A DNA stretch of 64,000 nt from Candidatus Bathyarchaeia archaeon (GTDB lineage: Archaea; Thermoproteota; Bathyarchaeia; Bathyarchaeales; Bathycorpusculaceae): positions 1 to 64,000 of the forward strand of contig JAVZNE010000003.1 of assembly GCA_038882975.1 (NCBI GenBank). The letters are read 5' to 3'. Below the pieces are notes generated by a model that ran no database searches, was not told the DNA's origin, and worked only from the letters and a program-made list of their open reading frames with translations. A program made the position numbers and the translations under genes. Positions 37,099 through 47,093 of the stretch are shown here, piece after piece (position 1 is the first letter of the stretch; each line of letters opens with the position of its first letter).

Positions 37099-38373
37099 TT
37101 GAAAGGCATGAGTTCACTTCAAATAAAGTTTCTAGGCGCAACCCATGAGGTGGGTAGAGCAGCCATATCCGTCAAAACGGAAAAGACACAGATTTTGCTA
37201 GACTATGGTGTAATGCTAAACCATGAGCCGGGCTTTCCAATGCATGTCCCTCCCAAGGAGGTGGACGCGATAATTTTGGGTCACAGCCACCTCGACCACT
37301 CCGGTGCAATCCCCATATTCTTCATTCAGGGGAAGAAAACTGTTTACGCGAATAGGCTTACAGCGGAGCTTAGCCAACTGTTAATTTCAGACTTCATACA
37401 CCTTTCCAGCTATTACCTTCCATACGAGTATCTTGAACTCCGAACCATGATGAGGCACATTAAGCACCTGGATTTCGGCGTAAAAGAAACTGTTGGAGAC
37501 ATAACCTTTGAGCTCCGCAACGCTGGACACATTCCAGGAAGCGCCCAAGTCCTCATAGAGGCTGAGGGAAGGAGGCTATTGTATACAGGCGACTTCAATC
37601 TGATAGACACAAGGCTTTTAGAGGGGGCGAAAATGGATTATGGCGACTTGGACGCCGTCATAATTGAGAGCACATATGCAGATGAAGACCATCCAGAGCG
37701 TCCAGAACTCGAAAAAAGCTTTGTTGAGGAAGTCACAGAGGTTGTGGAGCGGGGAGGAACAGTTCTCATACCAGCCTTCAGCATTGGGAGATCCCAAGAA
37801 ATCGCGTGCATCCTTGCCGCGCACCATTTTGAGCACCCGGTTTACCTTGATGGTATGGCGCGGGAAGCCAGCAGAATGATGATGAACCACATGCAATTCT
37901 TAAGAGACCCAAAACTTTTCATGGACGCCATCCACTCGGTCAACTGGGTGGAAGGGTGGCGAGACCGCAGAAAAGCCACAAAAATGCCATGCGTAATAAT
38001 TTCACCAGCTGGCATGTTAAAAGGCGGTCCGGCAGCATTTTACATATCAAAAATTGGTAAAAAGGCAAACAACGCCGTTTTCCTCGTAAGCTACCAAATC
38101 CCTGGCACGCCTGGAAGAGAACTCCTAGAGAAGGGCGTATGCGTCATCGATGGGAAAATGCGAAAGGTTAAGGCAACGGTTAAACATTTCGACTTCTCAT
38201 CTCATTGCGGTGCAAAAGAGCTTAAAGAAGCCGTAAAAAGGATTAATGGCAAAGCAAAATTCTATGTAATCCACGGCGCCGAAGGAAATTGTGAACTCCT
38301 TGCAAAATGGATAGAGAAAGAAGCCGGGCTGGAGGCTGTGGCACCAAAACCCGGAGATACATTTAAGGTTTAA
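37099..38373 (+). CDS. MBL-fold beta-CASP ribonuclease (aCPSF2-like)
   Basis: HSHLDHSG, AGHIPG, YTGD, ESTY, FSSH, IHG; no KH domains. Confidence 0.9.
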   Translation: MKGMSSLQIKFLGATHEVGRAAISVKTEKTQILLDYGVMLNHEPGFPMHVPPKEVDAIILGHSHLDHSGAIPIFFIQGKKTVYANRLTAELSQLLISDFIHLSSYYLPYEYLELRTMMRHIKHLDFGVKETVGDITFELRNAGHIPGSAQVLIEAEGRRLLYTGDFNLIDTRLLEGAKMDYGDLDAVIIESTYADEDHPERPELEKSFVEEVTEVVERGGTVLIPAFSIGRSQEIACILAAHHFEHPVYLDGMAREASRMMMNHMQFLRDPKLFMDAIHSVNWVEGWRDRRKATKMPCVIISPAGMLKGGPAAFYISKIGKKANNAVFLVSYQIPGTPGRELLEKGVCVIDGKMRKVKATVKHFDFSSHCGAKELKEAVKRINGKAKFYVIHGAEGNCELLAKWIEKEAGLEAVAPKPGDTFKV

Positions 38374-38927
38374 TGAGTATGAAAATAGGAATTTTACGTA
38401 TAGGACAAGTAGACACAGTTATCCTTGAAAGAATATGCGAAAATCTGAACATGGCCTTCCTAAAAGCTCAGTGCTACATAACCCCTGAAATCTTGGCTTT
38501 GCCGCAGGAAGCCTTCGACAAAGCGAGAAGGCAGTACCGTTCAGACATAATTTTGGGCATGGTGGCAGGTTACGCGGAAAAAGCCAAAAACCTAAACCGT
38601 GTTTTAGGAGTAATCGACGCCGACATTTATGTTCCAGGATTAAACTTTGTTTTCGGAGAGGCTGAATGCCCAGGAAAAGCCGCCCTAATATCCCTTTGGA
38701 GATTGAAGCCAGAATTTTATGGTGCTCCATCAAATTTTGAGCTTTTCATTGAAAGAGGCACAAAGGAAGCGGTGCACGAGCTTGGACATACTTTTGGCTT
38801 AACCCACTGCAAAAATCCATTCTGTGTTATGTATTTTTCCAACTCCATTTTTGAAACTGACCGAAAGAAAGGCATATTTTGCAACATCTGCTATTCAAAA
38901 GTTCAGAAGCTTCTGCAAACTCAATAG
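38373..38927 (+). CDS. amzA: Archaemetzincin zinc metalloprotease
   Basis: HELGHTFGLTHC...CVM.FS...D.K...C..C; LNFVFG. Confidence 0.93.
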   Translation: MSMKIGILRIGQVDTVILERICENLNMAFLKAQCYITPEILALPQEAFDKARRQYRSDIILGMVAGYAEKAKNLNRVLGVIDADIYVPGLNFVFGEAECPGKAALISLWRLKPEFYGAPSNFELFIERGTKEAVHELGHTFGLTHCKNPFCVMYFSNSIFETDRKKGIFCNICYSKVQKLLQTQ

Positions 38928-38959
38928 ACAATACACAATTTGTCTATTTTTAAAAGTTA

Positions 38960-39072
38960 AAGGGAATTTACCCACGGGCTCGGCGAGTTTTAAGAGGGGA
39001 GAAAGGAGAGAAGGGAGTTCCAAAAATAGGAACCACCGAACCCGCTTTGGGCTCCCCCTCCCTTCTTTCAAT
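38960..39072 (-). ncRNA. Candidate structured small RNA (three-way junction)
   Basis: BRE/TATA-like AAAAGCTTTTATAT at ~39109-39096; GAAAG..AGGGAGGGG pairs with CCCTTCTCT..CTTTC, enclosing two hairpins; G-U pairs favour the minus strand. Confidence 0.4.
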
Positions 39073-39159
39073 GGAGAAGGGAAAGAGAAGCACCAATATA
39101 AAAGCTTTTCTATTAAAAGCGCAGAAATCTTCCCCCGGCAACGGTCGAAAAGAGACAAC

Positions 39160-40185
39160 TTAAACGCCTTTCACAGCCCTAACAGTCCTTTCTAAGAGAA
39201 GTTGGGCCGCCTCCTGTGTTGGCCAGCCTCCGAGTCCGCAATCCGGTCCAGTGAAGGCCATTCTTTCCCCAAACTTTTCCATCGCCTTTTCAAATCTTTT
39301 CCTAATGGTTTTTTCATCTTCGACAAGCTGTTCTGTTTCTGGTTTTGTTATTCCCTCCTCGTAAAGCTCTGCTATGATGGAGTCTATGTCCGTTCTGGAT
39401 ATCCCTACACGGATGAACTTGTCCATTTTTTCAAGAATGCCCTTTGAAATGCATTCTAGGCTGTGCGGAGAAGCTGCATATTCTATGGACACCACGTGGA
39501 GATTTCTAACAGCTAAGATGTCCATGATTCTTGCCGGGGAATGCATGTGAATATGCTTTTGCACGTCTCCATCAAAGTTTAAGGCCTTTTCCAAAACTTC
39601 CACTATTATATCCATGTCTGCCGATATTTCATAAAAACCAAGGCTTGGCTCGTCTAGGGATACAACCTCTGTCCTAACGTATTTCGAGTTTAAAACGGAA
39701 TTTTTTGCGAACCGCCTAACGGTTTCCGCAAACATAAACAGCACATCTTTATACAATGTTGTTCCAACTTCTTTCAGGTAAAGCTCCAACGGGCCAGTGA
39801 CACAAACGCGGAGGGCAATTTTCTTCCCTAAGCTTTCGTAGATTCTTTTTGCCTCTTCATTGATGACGTGTACTTCTGGTATGATGGAGTCTTTCTCCTC
39901 AACAATGTATGTGCCCTTTTCCATTGCCTTGCGAATGGGTTCAGCAAACTGCCTATGTATATCATAATGTTGCGGGTAGTTGACGACGTCCAAACCGGTT
40001 TTAAGCTTTTTCAAAAAGGAGTCTGCCACAACCTCGTAGAAGTTTCTAAGTAAGAACGTGTTCTCCTTCAAGCTCTTTCCATTGATAATTTGTTCCCTCG
40101 CCAATCTGTAAGCTTCATCAAACTTTTTTCTTTCAATATGTTGAGGTAAGGGGAAGCTTCCTATGTCGTCGAGGAGCACTTCCAT
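39160..40185 (-). CDS. Cobalamin-independent methionine synthase-like protein (single-barrel MetE core)
   Basis: DIGSFP, VCVTGP, SLDEPS, GPDCGLGGW. Confidence 0.75.
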   Translation of the reverse strand: MEVLLDDIGSFPLPQHIERKKFDEAYRLAREQIINGKSLKENTFLLRNFYEVVADSFLKKLKTGLDVVNYPQHYDIHRQFAEPIRKAMEKGTYIVEEKDSIIPEVHVINEEAKRIYESLGKKIALRVCVTGPLELYLKEVGTTLYKDVLFMFAETVRRFAKNSVLNSKYVRTEVVSLDEPSLGFYEISADMDIIVEVLEKALNFDGDVQKHIHMHSPARIMDILAVRNLHVVSIEYAASPHSLECISKGILEKMDKFIRVGISRTDIDSIIAELYEEGITKPETEQLVEDEKTIRKRFEKAMEKFGERMAFTGPDCGLGGWPTQEAAQLLLERTVRAVKGV

Positions 40186-40280
40186 GAAGGGAGATTATTG
40201 CACTCTTCAGCAATAAAAGTTAATCTGGAAGCTTAAATCTTGAGAGTAACAATTATAAGTGGGTTTCTTTTTTGTGAACA

Positions 40281-41255
40281 TTGACTGGTGGAAATATGCC
40301 AAGCGTATGGAAGCTTCGCTTATCCATGGTTGGGACATTAGCCCTAATAATAGGCTTATCCACGCTAGTGTTTACGCTAATCTTGAGTTTAATTGGCATC
40401 CCGAACTTGCTGGTTTTGGGAGTTTTAGTTGTGGCATTCAACGTGGGACAGTGGCTGATCTCCCCATACATCATCGACGCCCTATACCGAACACGCGAAA
40501 TACCAGAAGACGAAAATCCGAAGCTTCACCGGATAGTCGAGGATTTGAGCAGAAAAAGCGGTTTGAAAAAGCCTAGGCTTATGCTTGCACAAATTCCAAT
40601 TCCAAATGCCTTCGCATACGGCTCGCCCATCGCTGGAAACCGTGTAGCCGTGACCAGTGGGCTTCTAAAAACCCTTGATGAAGGAGAGGTTGAAGCCGTC
40701 ATAGGGCATGAGCTGGGCCACTTAAAGCACAAGGACGTGCAGATAATGATGTTCGTTTCGCTTCTGCCAGCACTATTCTACTATATTGGCTATTCACTGA
40801 TAATCTCCTCAATGTATGGCAGACAAAGAGAAGAGGGCAGTGGAACAGCCGCACTGGGTTTTGGTTTCATGGCATTCTCATGGATTCTAAACATGTTTAT
40901 ACTGTACTTGAGTCGTCTCCGCGAGTATTATGCTGACAGACACAGCGCTCTAATAGTTGACAGTGGAGCACAAAAACTTTCAGAAGGCTTAGCAAAAATT
41001 GTCTACGCAACTAGGAACATGGGGCGAACAAGAAGACAAGTTCAGCATCTAAACGCCTTCAAGGCTTTATTCATAACAGACCCGGACCGTGTGGAAACCG
41101 ACTCTGCAGCTTTGTCAGCAGTAGCATCAAGCGACCAAAAACTTGTCCAAGAACTTCTGTCAAAGAGGCTGACAACCCTGGATAGGATAATCGAGATTTT
41201 CTCAACGCATCCAAATATAGTTAAACGCCTAAAAGCCCTACAAGAAATAAGCTAA
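40281..41255 (+). CDS. htpX: Zinc metalloprotease HtpX
   Basis: PNAFAYG, HELGH, SRLREYYAD, FSTHP...R. Confidence 0.95.
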   Translation: MTGGNMPSVWKLRLSMVGTLALIIGLSTLVFTLILSLIGIPNLLVLGVLVVAFNVGQWLISPYIIDALYRTREIPEDENPKLHRIVEDLSRKSGLKKPRLMLAQIPIPNAFAYGSPIAGNRVAVTSGLLKTLDEGEVEAVIGHELGHLKHKDVQIMMFVSLLPALFYYIGYSLIISSMYGRQREEGSGTAALGFGFMAFSWILNMFILYLSRLREYYADRHSALIVDSGAQKLSEGLAKIVYATRNMGRTRRQVQHLNAFKALFITDPDRVETDSAALSAVASSDQKLVQELLSKRLTTLDRIIEIFSTHPNIVKRLKALQEIS

Positions 41256-41283
41256 TTCTCCCTCTAGACGTGAAAAGGAGTAT

Positions 41284-42387
41284 TTACTGATAAACCTTCA
41301 GCGGCTTCCCAAGGATTTTGCTGTTAAGCTCTTTTATTCCCAAGCCGTGTTGTTTTGGGAATGTGCGCATTGAGTTTTTGACTTTTGTTCCGCCCTTTAT
41401 GACTAATTTATCTTTAAGCAGCAAATCTGAGTCTAAGTCTGCATATTGTATATTTTTTACTGCTGCCGCTAGGTGGGCTCCGGCGGCTATGCCTATTTCC
41501 GACTCTCCCATACAGCCTATCATGCATGGTATTCCGGCGGCTTCTGCTATGGCGGCTATTTTCTTGGCTTTGTGGATGCCTCCGCTTTTCATCAATTTTA
41601 TGTTTATTAAGTCTATGGCTTCAGCTCTTATTAGGCGGAGGGTGTCTTCTGGTGAGTGAATGCTTTCATCCGCCATTATTGGTATGGGAGAGTTTCGCTT
41701 AACCTCAATTAAGCCTTTCAAGTCTTCTGCTGGAACTGGCTGCTCCGCAAACTGAATGTTAAACTTTTCAATTTTATTCAGAACTTCTATGGCTTGTTTT
41801 GGCGTCCACCCCTGGTTTGCATCAATTCTTATCTCTATTTTTTCGCCAACCGCCTCGCGGATGAGCCTAATCCGCTCAACGTCTTCTTCTGGGTTTACGC
41901 CAACCTTAACCTTTAGGGCTTTAAACCCTTTCTTGACGGCTTTAACAGCGTCTTTGGCCATTTCCTTTGGAGACTTTATGCCAAGTGTTATGTCGGTTAA
42001 AACTTCTGTTCTGTAGCCGCCTAGAACACGGAAAAGCTCTTTTCGAACAGTCTTGCCGAAAATGTCATGTAAGGCTATGTCTATAGCTGCTTTTGCAGCG
42101 GGGTTTCCAGCCACAATGGAGTCCATAAGCTCAACATTTTGCTCAATTCTTAAGGGGCACATGCCAATAAGCTTGGGTGCAATCTTGTCCAAGGCTTTGA
42201 TGACAGTTTCCGCTGTTTCGCCAGTAACCCGCTCAGATGGGGAAGATTCACCCCAGCCGTAAACGCCATAATCCGTAACTATTTTTACGACAATGTTGTG
42301 GCTTTCGGTGCTTGCGCCCGGTGCAATCCTAAAAGGCTCACGGTAAGCCAAAGTAACCGGATAAACCTCTATTCTTTGAATTCCCAA
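41284..42387 (-). CDS. Dipeptide epimerase (L-Ala-D/L-Glu epimerase-like, enolase superfamily)
   Basis: KVKVG, DANQGW, EQP, DES, NIKLMKSGG, MIGCM, DLD. Confidence 0.9.
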   Translation of the reverse strand: MGIQRIEVYPVTLAYREPFRIAPGASTESHNIVVKIVTDYGVYGWGESSPSERVTGETAETVIKALDKIAPKLIGMCPLRIEQNVELMDSIVAGNPAAKAAIDIALHDIFGKTVRKELFRVLGGYRTEVLTDITLGIKSPKEMAKDAVKAVKKGFKALKVKVGVNPEEDVERIRLIREAVGEKIEIRIDANQGWTPKQAIEVLNKIEKFNIQFAEQPVPAEDLKGLIEVKRNSPIPIMADESIHSPEDTLRLIRAEAIDLINIKLMKSGGIHKAKKIAAIAEAAGIPCMIGCMGESEIGIAAGAHLAAAVKNIQYADLDSDLLLKDKLVIKGGTKVKNSMRTFPKQHGLGIKELNSKILGKPLKVYQ

Positions 42388-42436
42388 AGTTGCTTATCAC
42401 CAGCCAGTAGTTTATGGTGCTTTTCTAGGAAAAGCT

Positions 42437-43732
42437 TTACTGAAGCTCCTCAGCAGTTTTTCCGCCGCGCCCTCCCATTTTTTTAAACTTTAATTTTGCT
42501 GTTAGAATTTTCTCTGTTGCAAAAAGCCTTGAGGCTGCATACATGACTATCATTGTGAAGGCTGAAACATAGATTATGCCGAATACTGCGGTCAGGTAGT
42601 CACCCATTACAATGGCTTTTGAAGCTATTATTGGGTGGCTGAAGGGAATAGCGTAAAAAATCATTCTCACAGCCAATGGCAAAGTGTTTATGTCCAAATA
42701 CATTAGGGCAAAGGATGGAAGGAACACAATTGGATAAATGTAGCCGACGAAGGATTGGGCGCTTCTAACATCTTCGGCGAAAGCCGACATTATGACAGCC
42801 AGTGCTAAGGCTGAAAGTATCGTCACAAAGAGGGACAAGCCCAAAAGTAGATAGCCATAAAATGAAGGCGTAAGCCCCAAAACAGCTAAATCCAAGTTTA
42901 TGTTGGCTGGAATCCCCGACATTATAGAACCCAATACGTAGCTGTAGCCAACCATATAAGCTGCGGCGCCCACAGCGGCAACAATTATTGAACCGGAAAG
43001 CTTCCCCCAAAGTATTGAAAGGCGGTCCATCGGCAGAGTCAGCAAAGTCTCAAGGGTTTTCTCCTCCTTTTCCATAGCCACAGAAGTGGCTGCTATCTGC
43101 ACCGAATATGTGAGCAAAATCATTACTGTTACTGGTAGGGCGATTGACTGGTACATAAGCAGACCAGAAAGCATGGCTGGGTCCACGCCGCGCTTAACCT
43201 CACCCTTTATAATTGTTGACTTCTCAACCGCCACAACATTTGGAGCAACCCACCTATTAAATTGTTCAACCCAAACGTCAACCGCTGACGATCCCATGCT
43301 TTCGAAGGCGCCTATGGTGGATAGCACCCCATAAAAATTCAGTTTAATGCCCACTTTTTGCCCGCTAAGATATGCGTTAATGGTGTCATTAAAGCCCCTG
43401 GGAATTTCGAGAATTTGTGTGACGTTATATTTTGACAGTAGCCTTGTTATGTTTTCATCACTTAACACGACATCACTTTCAATGAAAATGTTTATGCCCG
43501 CCATCTGAAGCGTTTCTGTGAAATTATTGGCCCAGTATCCCCCATCGTTGTCCACGACAATAAGCGCGGCTTTTGCCGCTTTTTCCTGAGCGGATTTCAT
43601 TGCATAGTTCATGACAATGCCTAAAAATGGAAACATAACTAGGGGGACAATAATCATGCCCAAAAGTATTTTCGGGTCTCTTACAAGTTCTTTGAGTTCC
43701 TTTAATAAAAAGTTGCCGAACCCCTCAAGCAA
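42437..43732 (-). CDS. ABC-2 type permease (NatB-like)
   Basis: KELKELVRDPK, EKEEKTLETLLTLP, 1+5 TM layout. Confidence 0.9.
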   Translation of the reverse strand: MLEGFGNFLLKELKELVRDPKILLGMIIVPLVMFPFLGIVMNYAMKSAQEKAAKAALIVVDNDGGYWANNFTETLQMAGINIFIESDVVLSDENITRLLSKYNVTQILEIPRGFNDTINAYLSGQKVGIKLNFYGVLSTIGAFESMGSSAVDVWVEQFNRWVAPNVVAVEKSTIIKGEVKRGVDPAMLSGLLMYQSIALPVTVMILLTYSVQIAATSVAMEKEEKTLETLLTLPMDRLSILWGKLSGSIIVAAVGAAAYMVGYSYVLGSIMSGIPANINLDLAVLGLTPSFYGYLLLGLSLFVTILSALALAVIMSAFAEDVRSAQSFVGYIYPIVFLPSFALMYLDINTLPLAVRMIFYAIPFSHPIIASKAIVMGDYLTAVFGIIYVSAFTMIVMYAASRLFATEKILTAKLKFKKMGGRGGKTAEELQ

Positions 43733-44456
43733 GCTTAACCACCTTCGCGAAGACCTCTTCCAAATTTGTGCTTCCGAACTTCTCCTTCAGTTCTTGGGGC
43801 TCCCCTTCAGCAACTATTTTACCCTTATTTATTAGGGCAACCCTATCGCACAAATACTCAACCTCAAGCATGTTGTGGCTTGAAAGGAGAACAGTCACGC
43901 CGTGCCTCTTAACATAGCTTTTTATTATCTCCCTAACATGATAGGAGTGAAGCACATCTAAACCGCTTGTAGGTTCGTCTAGGATAGCCAGCTTCGGCTT
44001 GAGCATTAAGGCTCTGGCAACGAGGAGGCGGCGCTTCATCCCCTTACTATAAGTTTTAGTCTTGTCTTTTAGCCGTTCCCCCAAACCGGATATTTCGGCA
44101 GCCTCCAAAACCATTTTACGTGCCTCAGCCTTGTCGCTGGTGTGAAACTTAGCCATAAACTCCAGATACTCCCAGCCGGAAAGATAACGGTAAGCACCAG
44201 CCTCCTCTGGAAGATAGGAGATTATTCTGCGGACTTCAGCAGCGTCCCGCACCACGTCACGTCCAAAAACCTTAACAGTGCCAGAAGTTGGCAGAAGCAA
44301 TGTTGAAACTATCCGAAGGGCAGTTGTTTTCCCAGCGCCATTCGGACCAATAAGCCCGAAAACCTCGCCGGGCTTGACGCTAAAACTTAAACCATCTAAA
44401 GCACGAATGCTTCCGAAAACCTTGGCGACATCATGAACTTCAACAGCCAACATCAC
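43725..44456 (-). CDS. ABC transporter ATP-binding protein (NatA-like)
   Basis: GPNGAGKT, YSKGM, LDEPTSGLD, SSH. Confidence 0.93.
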   Translation of the reverse strand: MMLAVEVHDVAKVFGSIRALDGLSFSVKPGEVFGLIGPNGAGKTTALRIVSTLLLPTSGTVKVFGRDVVRDAAEVRRIISYLPEEAGAYRYLSGWEYLEFMAKFHTSDKAEARKMVLEAAEISGLGERLKDKTKTYSKGMKRRLLVARALMLKPKLAILDEPTSGLDVLHSYHVREIIKSYVKRHGVTVLLSSHNMLEVEYLCDRVALINKGKIVAEGEPQELKEKFGSTNLEEVFAKVVKLA

Positions 44457-44534
44457 TGAAGCCTCTTATGGGAACGTTTACAAACACTCTTAAAATAATT
44501 GCTATTCACCTGCATCCAAATGGCTTCTATACGC

Positions 44535-45692
44535 CTATAATTTCCAGTCTATTTTGTGGTTTTTAAAGAGGATTCCGACGATTATGCCAGCCAAGAGGAC
44601 GATGAAGGATATGGGCTGATAAAAGAAGTAGTATGTTACGAATTCGACAATGCTGAATTGAAATTTGAGTTTCCTTGCGGCTAAATAGAAAACCATTGAA
44701 AAAAGGATGAATCCTAAAAAGAAGTTTGTTGAGGTCGTAAATAATATGGAGGCTATTGAAGGGGGAAGAGTGGGAACGCCTGTAAAGGTTAATTGTGATG
44801 CCAAGGCTCTTGGGATAAAGTTGAATAGCTGAGTATTTGGGAAAAGGGAGCATATGTAGTTGAAAAGAATGAGGGTAACCGCTGGGAAAAGCATGAGGGC
44901 ACAAGGAAAAGCTATGTATGGATACCTCGCAATGTATCTGACAACTTTTCCCCCATGAGTTTTAATCCACAACCCTGTCCCAATGCCCCACCTCTTCCTC
45001 TGAGCCAACCAGCTTCTCCACTTTGAGGGAGCCTTTGTGTAAACTTCAGCTTTATCCGTAAATTTGAATCGTTTATTTAGAAAGAAGGCTTTTGCAGCCA
45101 AGTCTAAGTCTTCTGAGATCACTTTGGCAAATCCGCCGACTTCCTCAAAGGTTTCCCTTTTAATGGCGAAGGCTGTGCCGCCAACCGCAAAACACTTCTG
45201 CACAAGTTTTGAGTAAAGGTAGCTTGAAAAGTTTGAGCCTACAAACTCATAGTTCACCATTCTTGATATGAAAGAATCCTTAACAATCTTCTTCTTTACG
45301 TCAAGGATGTCCGCGTCCTCCATTTCCGAAGCTATCGTCCCCAAAAAATCCCTACACTCGCCAAGCTTAACATCCGCATCTAAAAAAACAAGAATTTCCC
45401 CGCTGGAAACATTAACGGCTTCGTTTAAAGCCTCTACCTTACCCCTCCTATAACCGCTTAAAATAAAATGCACCTTGCCCTGGAAACGCTCAACAACTTT
45501 ATGCGCCTCAGCCGTGGGCTCATCTATGGAGACAAAAATCTCCTTATTTTGGTATGGGTCGTTAACTAAGCTTTCGAGAAGTTCCTCCAGCAAATCCGAA
45601 TCCTTATAAACTGGTATAAGAACGCTGATTCTCTTATCCTCAGAGCCAGATGAACCATCGCTTTGTAAATTGTTCATCTGCAAAGTCTCCAA
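44535..45692 (-). CDS. GT2 glycosyltransferase, membrane-bound (processive-type motifs)
   Basis: LIPVY, GKVEALN, FLDAD, SED, QRKRW (QxxRW), C-terminal TMs. Confidence 0.9.
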   Translation of the reverse strand: METLQMNNLQSDGSSGSEDKRISVLIPVYKDSDLLEELLESLVNDPYQNKEIFVSIDEPTAEAHKVVERFQGKVHFILSGYRRGKVEALNEAVNVSSGEILVFLDADVKLGECRDFLGTIASEMEDADILDVKKKIVKDSFISRMVNYEFVGSNFSSYLYSKLVQKCFAVGGTAFAIKRETFEEVGGFAKVISEDLDLAAKAFFLNKRFKFTDKAEVYTKAPSKWRSWLAQRKRWGIGTGLWIKTHGGKVVRYIARYPYIAFPCALMLFPAVTLILFNYICSLFPNTQLFNFIPRALASQLTFTGVPTLPPSIASILFTTSTNFFLGFILFSMVFYLAARKLKFQFSIVEFVTYYFFYQPISFIVLLAGIIVGILFKNHKIDWKL

Positions 45693-45752
45693 TCCTAAGT
45701 TAATAATTCAGTTTTTTTGTTTTACGCATAACTACGTTTTTCAGAATATTCT

Positions 45753-45799
45753 AAAAAGGAAATACACCAAAGGAGTAAAATCTCTTTAGTGTATCCCCT
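45753..45799 (-). terminator. Long hairpin + U-tract upstream of the GT2 gene
   Basis: Minus strand GGGGATACACTAAAGAG/CTCCTTTGGTGTATTTCC followed by TTTTT. Confidence 0.45.
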
Positions 45800-45972
45800 T
45801 GTCTACAGGGTTTTTAATCGCTTCGATTCTAAGCCTATCTCCATGTGCCTGCGCTTTTATTGCGCTGTGATGGATTTTAGTTTTTGCCGGTATTTTCTGG
45901 CTCCAAACAAATTTAAGCATAACATGCAAAGTTTTCATTGGAGCAAAGCTTAAACCGGGAGCACATAAAACC

Positions 45973-46842
45973 TTGAGCTTGCTGACGTGGTTTGACCCTT
46001 GGCGTTCGTCTTTATGTACATGCCCACCTAAACTAACCTTTAATCCTTACACCGGATGCGACCACAAATGCCTATACTGTTATGCTTCCAGTTACATACC
46101 GCGGTTCTATGATTGCAGACCGAAGGATGATTTGCTGCCACGATTGGAGCGAGAGGCGGCCAAACTTAAGGGTGAATTAATTTCCATCGCCAATTCTTCG
46201 GATCCATACCCGACAGTTGAAGCGGAAAAGGGGTTGACAAGGCGCTGCCTCGAAATCTTAACGCGGCAAAACTGCAAAATCCAGATAGTAACTAAGTCGA
46301 ATATTGTTTTAAGGGACATAGACCTCTTGAGGCGTGTGCCTTCTATGGTGGCGGTGACCATAACAACTGATGATGTGGAAGTAGCTAAAATCCTAGAGCC
46401 GAATGCTCCTCCGCCCACTGAGAGGCTGAAAACTGTTGAAAGGCTTGTTGAGAAGGGCGTGCCAGTGACCGTGCGCATAGACCCGATAATCCCATATGTG
46501 AACGAAAACCCTGAAAGCCTCTTTAAGGCTATAGCCCAAATAGGAGTTAGGCACATAACAGCCTCCACATACAAGGTTAAAGCCGACAACTGGCAAAGAT
46601 TAAGCCTAGCCATGCCAAAAACAGCTGAAAAACTTAAACCACTCTATTTCGAGAAAGGCGAAAAACTGGGGCGATACACCTACCTGCCAAAAACTTTGAG
46701 GCTTAAGCTTATGGGAGTCCTAGCCGGACAAGCCAAAAAGTATGGCGTTAAGTTTGCCACATGCCGCGAAGGCTTAAAAGGTTTAAGCACGGCAACATGT
46801 GACGGCACATGGCTAATAAAGTCTACTGGAAACAGCTCTTAA
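45973..46842 (+). CDS. Radical SAM protein (spore photoproduct lyase-like family)
   Basis: NPYTGCDHKCLYCYA, SDPY, VTKS, RIDPII. Confidence 0.85.
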   Translation: MSLLTWFDPWRSSLCTCPPKLTFNPYTGCDHKCLYCYASSYIPRFYDCRPKDDLLPRLEREAAKLKGELISIANSSDPYPTVEAEKGLTRRCLEILTRQNCKIQIVTKSNIVLRDIDLLRRVPSMVAVTITTDDVEVAKILEPNAPPPTERLKTVERLVEKGVPVTVRIDPIIPYVNENPESLFKAIAQIGVRHITASTYKVKADNWQRLSLAMPKTAEKLKPLYFEKGEKLGRYTYLPKTLRLKLMGVLAGQAKKYGVKFATCREGLKGLSTATCDGTWLIKSTGNSS

Positions 46843-47093
46843 ATGGATGCTGAAGCTGCAACAGCCAAAACCATTAGAACTATACCAGCAAAAATCAAAA
46901 CTACAGCTAAACCCGTAACAAAAACCGCCAAGGGATTCATTTCAAAAAGCATGTTGGTGCCCCTAACATGAGCAACACACCAACAACTATAAGAGCCAAC
47001 GCCACCAGCAAAATCTTCCAAGAAAACCCTTCTCTACTGCTCAATTAACGACACCAGGAGAAAATGGAAAATGGCGAAGGCTTTTGCCTTTCA

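Noticed and set aside
38930-39160. RNase P or SRP RNA
   Set aside because: Lacks the GAGGAAAGTCC/P4 and SRP helix-8 signatures and is too short.
46839-46952. Short hydrophobic ORF MLFEMNPLAVFVTGL... on the minus strand
   Set aside because: A single TM stretch in a compositionally skewed tract; insufficient evidence to call a gene, though it may be a fragment.
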